A stretch of 63,433 nucleotides of DNA, the filler included, from Saprolegnia diclina VS20 (lineage: Eukaryota): NCBI RefSeq assembly GCF_000281045.1. It is 6 parts of 4 records of this genome, joined end to end, with 100 filler letters (N's around TTAATTAATTAA, not from the genome) between each part and the next. Parts side by side here need not be neighbours in the genome. Positions count along the whole stretch, not along the records: positions 57,763 to 61,899 come from NW_008246171.1; positions 62,000 to 63,433 come from NW_008246172.1; 4 more parts are not named here. One strand, written 5' to 3'. This document shows, piece after piece, positions 61,419 through 63,433 of this stretch (its first letter is position 1; each line of letters begins with the position of its first letter). The notes below the pieces were generated by a model. It was not told the DNA's origin and searched no databases. It was given only the letters and a program-made list of their open reading frames with translations. A program made the position numbers and the translations under genes.

Positions 61419-61569
61419 TACGTACTAGTACATTCGTCCATTCAAAGTCATGCATGTTGGGAGGACCCTTCCCCAAGAACCTTCTCTACCTGCCGTCTGA
61501 GTGCATTCCACGTGAGGACGCAGGGTTATAGAAAAGAGATGATATAGACGTATTAGATATACACAGCAC

Positions 61570-61899
61570 TTAGACATGGCGAATCGGGTCGCCACGGCGA
61601 GGGGTTGCCGCCGCCGCATACGCGCCGTCCTGGCGCAACATGCGGTCCTTGTTGAACTCCTTGAACTGGAAAAAGATGCCGAGACCGCACAGCACGATCG
61701 TCGCCGCGAGGTAGTACCACCACGAGCTCGGGATGTCGTAGACCCAGTCGCCACCCGCCGAGACGGTCGCCTTGAGGTTGCCGGCGTTCGGGTACCCGCC
61801 GGCAAAGAAGCCAATGCCCCACACCGTCGCGATCGCCCCCACGACGCTCGACGCAAACACCAGAAACGGACGCTCGAGCTTCCACGCGAGCACGCCGAG
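61570..61899 (-). CDS. 3' fragment of TMEM198-like gene, subtype A
   Basis: KLERPFLVFASSVVGAIATVWGIGFFAGGYPNAGNLK...IPSSWWYYL...GDPIRHV*. Confidence 0.85.
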   Translation of the reverse strand, partial: LGVLAWKLERPFLVFASSVVGAIATVWGIGFFAGGYPNAGNLKATVSAGGDWVYDIPSSWWYYLAATIVLCGLGIFFQFKEFNKDRMLRQDGAYAAAATPRRGDPIRHV

Positions 61900-61999
61900 N
61901 NNNNNNNNNNNNNNNNNNNNNNNNNNNNNNNNNNNNNNNNNNNTTAATTAATTAANNNNNNNNNNNNNNNNNNNNNNNNNNNNNNNNNNNNNNNNNNNN

Positions 62000-62160
62000 T
62001 GCCGCCGACCGCGACGCCTGGAAAGATTTGACCGACCGTGTCGTCACGGGCCTCACCCGCGGCCACAAGCGTCGTAGGGCGACGACAGAAGAGCCAGACG
62101 AGCCCCCGCGCCGCCGCCTGCGCAGCCACGGACCGGCGAGCGAATGAAGAAGAAGGAGAT
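62000..62160 (+). mobile_element. Probable 3' end of an RTE-like non-LTR retrotransposon
   Basis: Reading AADRDAWKDLTDRV...* resembles the 'A.DR..W' C-terminal motif of RTE ORFs; stop followed immediately by GAAGAAGAAG; abuts a gap. Confidence 0.45.
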
Positions 62161-62239
62161 TGCTGTCTCTACGTATGCGAAGTCTTTGTGTAATTATGAA
62201 GATAACGCGAAACACGTTCATATATAAAGACAACAAATA

Positions 62240-62690
62240 CTATGATTTAGGTGAGCCCAGTGCCCTATGGCAACTCTTTAAGCGAAAGAGAGTAAAATGG
62301 TAAGGTGGTAGGCATATATTTATGAAGACGTTGAGCACATCACTGTCCGGTCAGTCTCAACACAGAACTGTCCTTGTGCTAAAACTGGTTCTGGTAGGTC
62401 AACACGAGGGACCGTCTAACCTTGGGACTTGATAATAGTCATCGCAAATGCGAGACAAACAGGGAACTGTAGACGCTTGAGCTGGAATGGCTGTGGGTCG
62501 TAGATAAGCATGATGCAAGGTACGAAGACCTCGTCAACTTGTCCACCTGTCAATATTATTGTAGCCTTAATGCATCGATCTCCCAAAGCGCGCACCACGA
62601 GCCGAGTTCCATTGCATAAGCACAGGTTGCGCAAGAGCATGATGACAGTGGTGTTGACCTAGAGTTTGTGACGGTCCGGTACGAATCCTC
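62240..62690 (-). mobile_element. Degenerate Helitron-type PIF1 helicase remnant
   Basis: HKL*VNTTVIMLLRNL(del)CLCNGTRLVV...FVPCI...FQLKRLQFPVCLAFAMTIIKSQG*T...LPEPVLAQGQ; in-frame stops and deletions relative to the PIF1 C-terminal motifs. Confidence 0.85.
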
Positions 62691-63235
62691 TCCCCTGAAC
62701 ACGAGTGGGCTCACCTGCAAGCATTGGACAAGGGCCAACGGTCCCCCCATCCGGACACGAATGTCACTGAAGACGGTCACCATAATAAGAGGCCATGCTC
62801 GGCAAAGTGCCACAAGGAACAAGGAAGAAGCAAGATGAAAACGGCATATGCCGGAAATTCGTGCCTACCGGAAATTAGGTTGGAGGCCGGACGACCCTAG
62901 AAATAGGACCCTCATTTCAACAAGGGCCAATGGTCCCGCGACTGGACACAGATCAAAGAGAAGATGTCATGATTCAAGCACAATCACTCAGTATACATGG
63001 CATGTGTTGGGAGCGCGCTGTCGTCAAGAGAATGGTGGTCCTTGTGTGTCCCAGCGCTTCCAAAACCAGGGTAGCAATCAAACGAACTCCGCACCATCAC
63101 AAGATTATTTTCGCGCGTGTGATTGGCTAAAATCCTGGTAGCTTCAAGTCCAATGTATCCGGATATTCGGATACGATGCTCGACTGCCGTTTCGGTGGCT
63201 CTCATTTCCAGGATTGGTGTCTGAAGAGCATCAAA

Positions 63236-63433
63236 ATGACGAAGCCGTCGCCCCACGCGGACGTACGCCTGCCCGAGCGCCTCAGCTTCCCGGACCAAGA
63301 GCTTGCGACGCTTGAGCTCTGGAAGGAGCTCGACGCGTTCATGACGTCGCTTCGACTCTCGAAGGATCGCAAGCCGTTCACGTTCTACGATGGGCCGCCG
63401 TTCGCGACGGGGTTGCCGCACCACGGCCACATT
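63236..63433 (+). CDS. IARS: Isoleucyl-tRNA synthetase, cytosolic/IleRS2 type, 5' end (runs off window)
   Basis: [51 protein letters not shown]. Confidence 0.92.
   Translation, partial: MTKPSPHADVRLPERLSFPDQELATLELWKELDAFMTSLRLSKDRKPFTFYDGPPFATGLPHHGHI

Overview
Eukaryotic, GC-rich, gene-dense genomic window with very short (about 40-60 nt) GT-AG introns. The gene content (eEF3, GT60 GlcNAc-transferase, TMEM198 expansion) suggests an oomycete, probably Saprolegniales; this is an inference. It is a draft scaffold with seven 100-nt gaps, five of which carry an artificial TTAATTAATTAA linker. About 25 protein genes are recognisable by manual splicing: an RPGRIP1L/fantom-like protein fused to an EF-hand array, eIF4E, AAMP/SQT1-like WD40, two tandem epoxide hydrolases, Gemin6-like, DUF2062, myo-inositol transporter, COG4, YIPF6-like, a globin, an IQ protein, a KEAP-repeat protein, split eEF3 pieces, a 1902-aa intronless giant GTPase, a GT60 transferase, a membrane-anchored thaumatin, a ConA/LamG-like membrane protein, a PX protein, a WW-FF-RS protein, a TMEM198/TM7S3-like array and the start of IleRS. 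There are also RTE-like, Helitron-like and tRNA-like relics. Best leads: (1) the giant GBP/atlastin/VLIG-like GTPase with a zinc-finger array and degenerate vWA domain, a candidate immunity protein, on a contig bounded by the two ends of eEF3; (2) a palindromic TATCCGGATA element, usually paired, just upstream of eight gene starts. All family calls are by motif recognition; no database searches were run.
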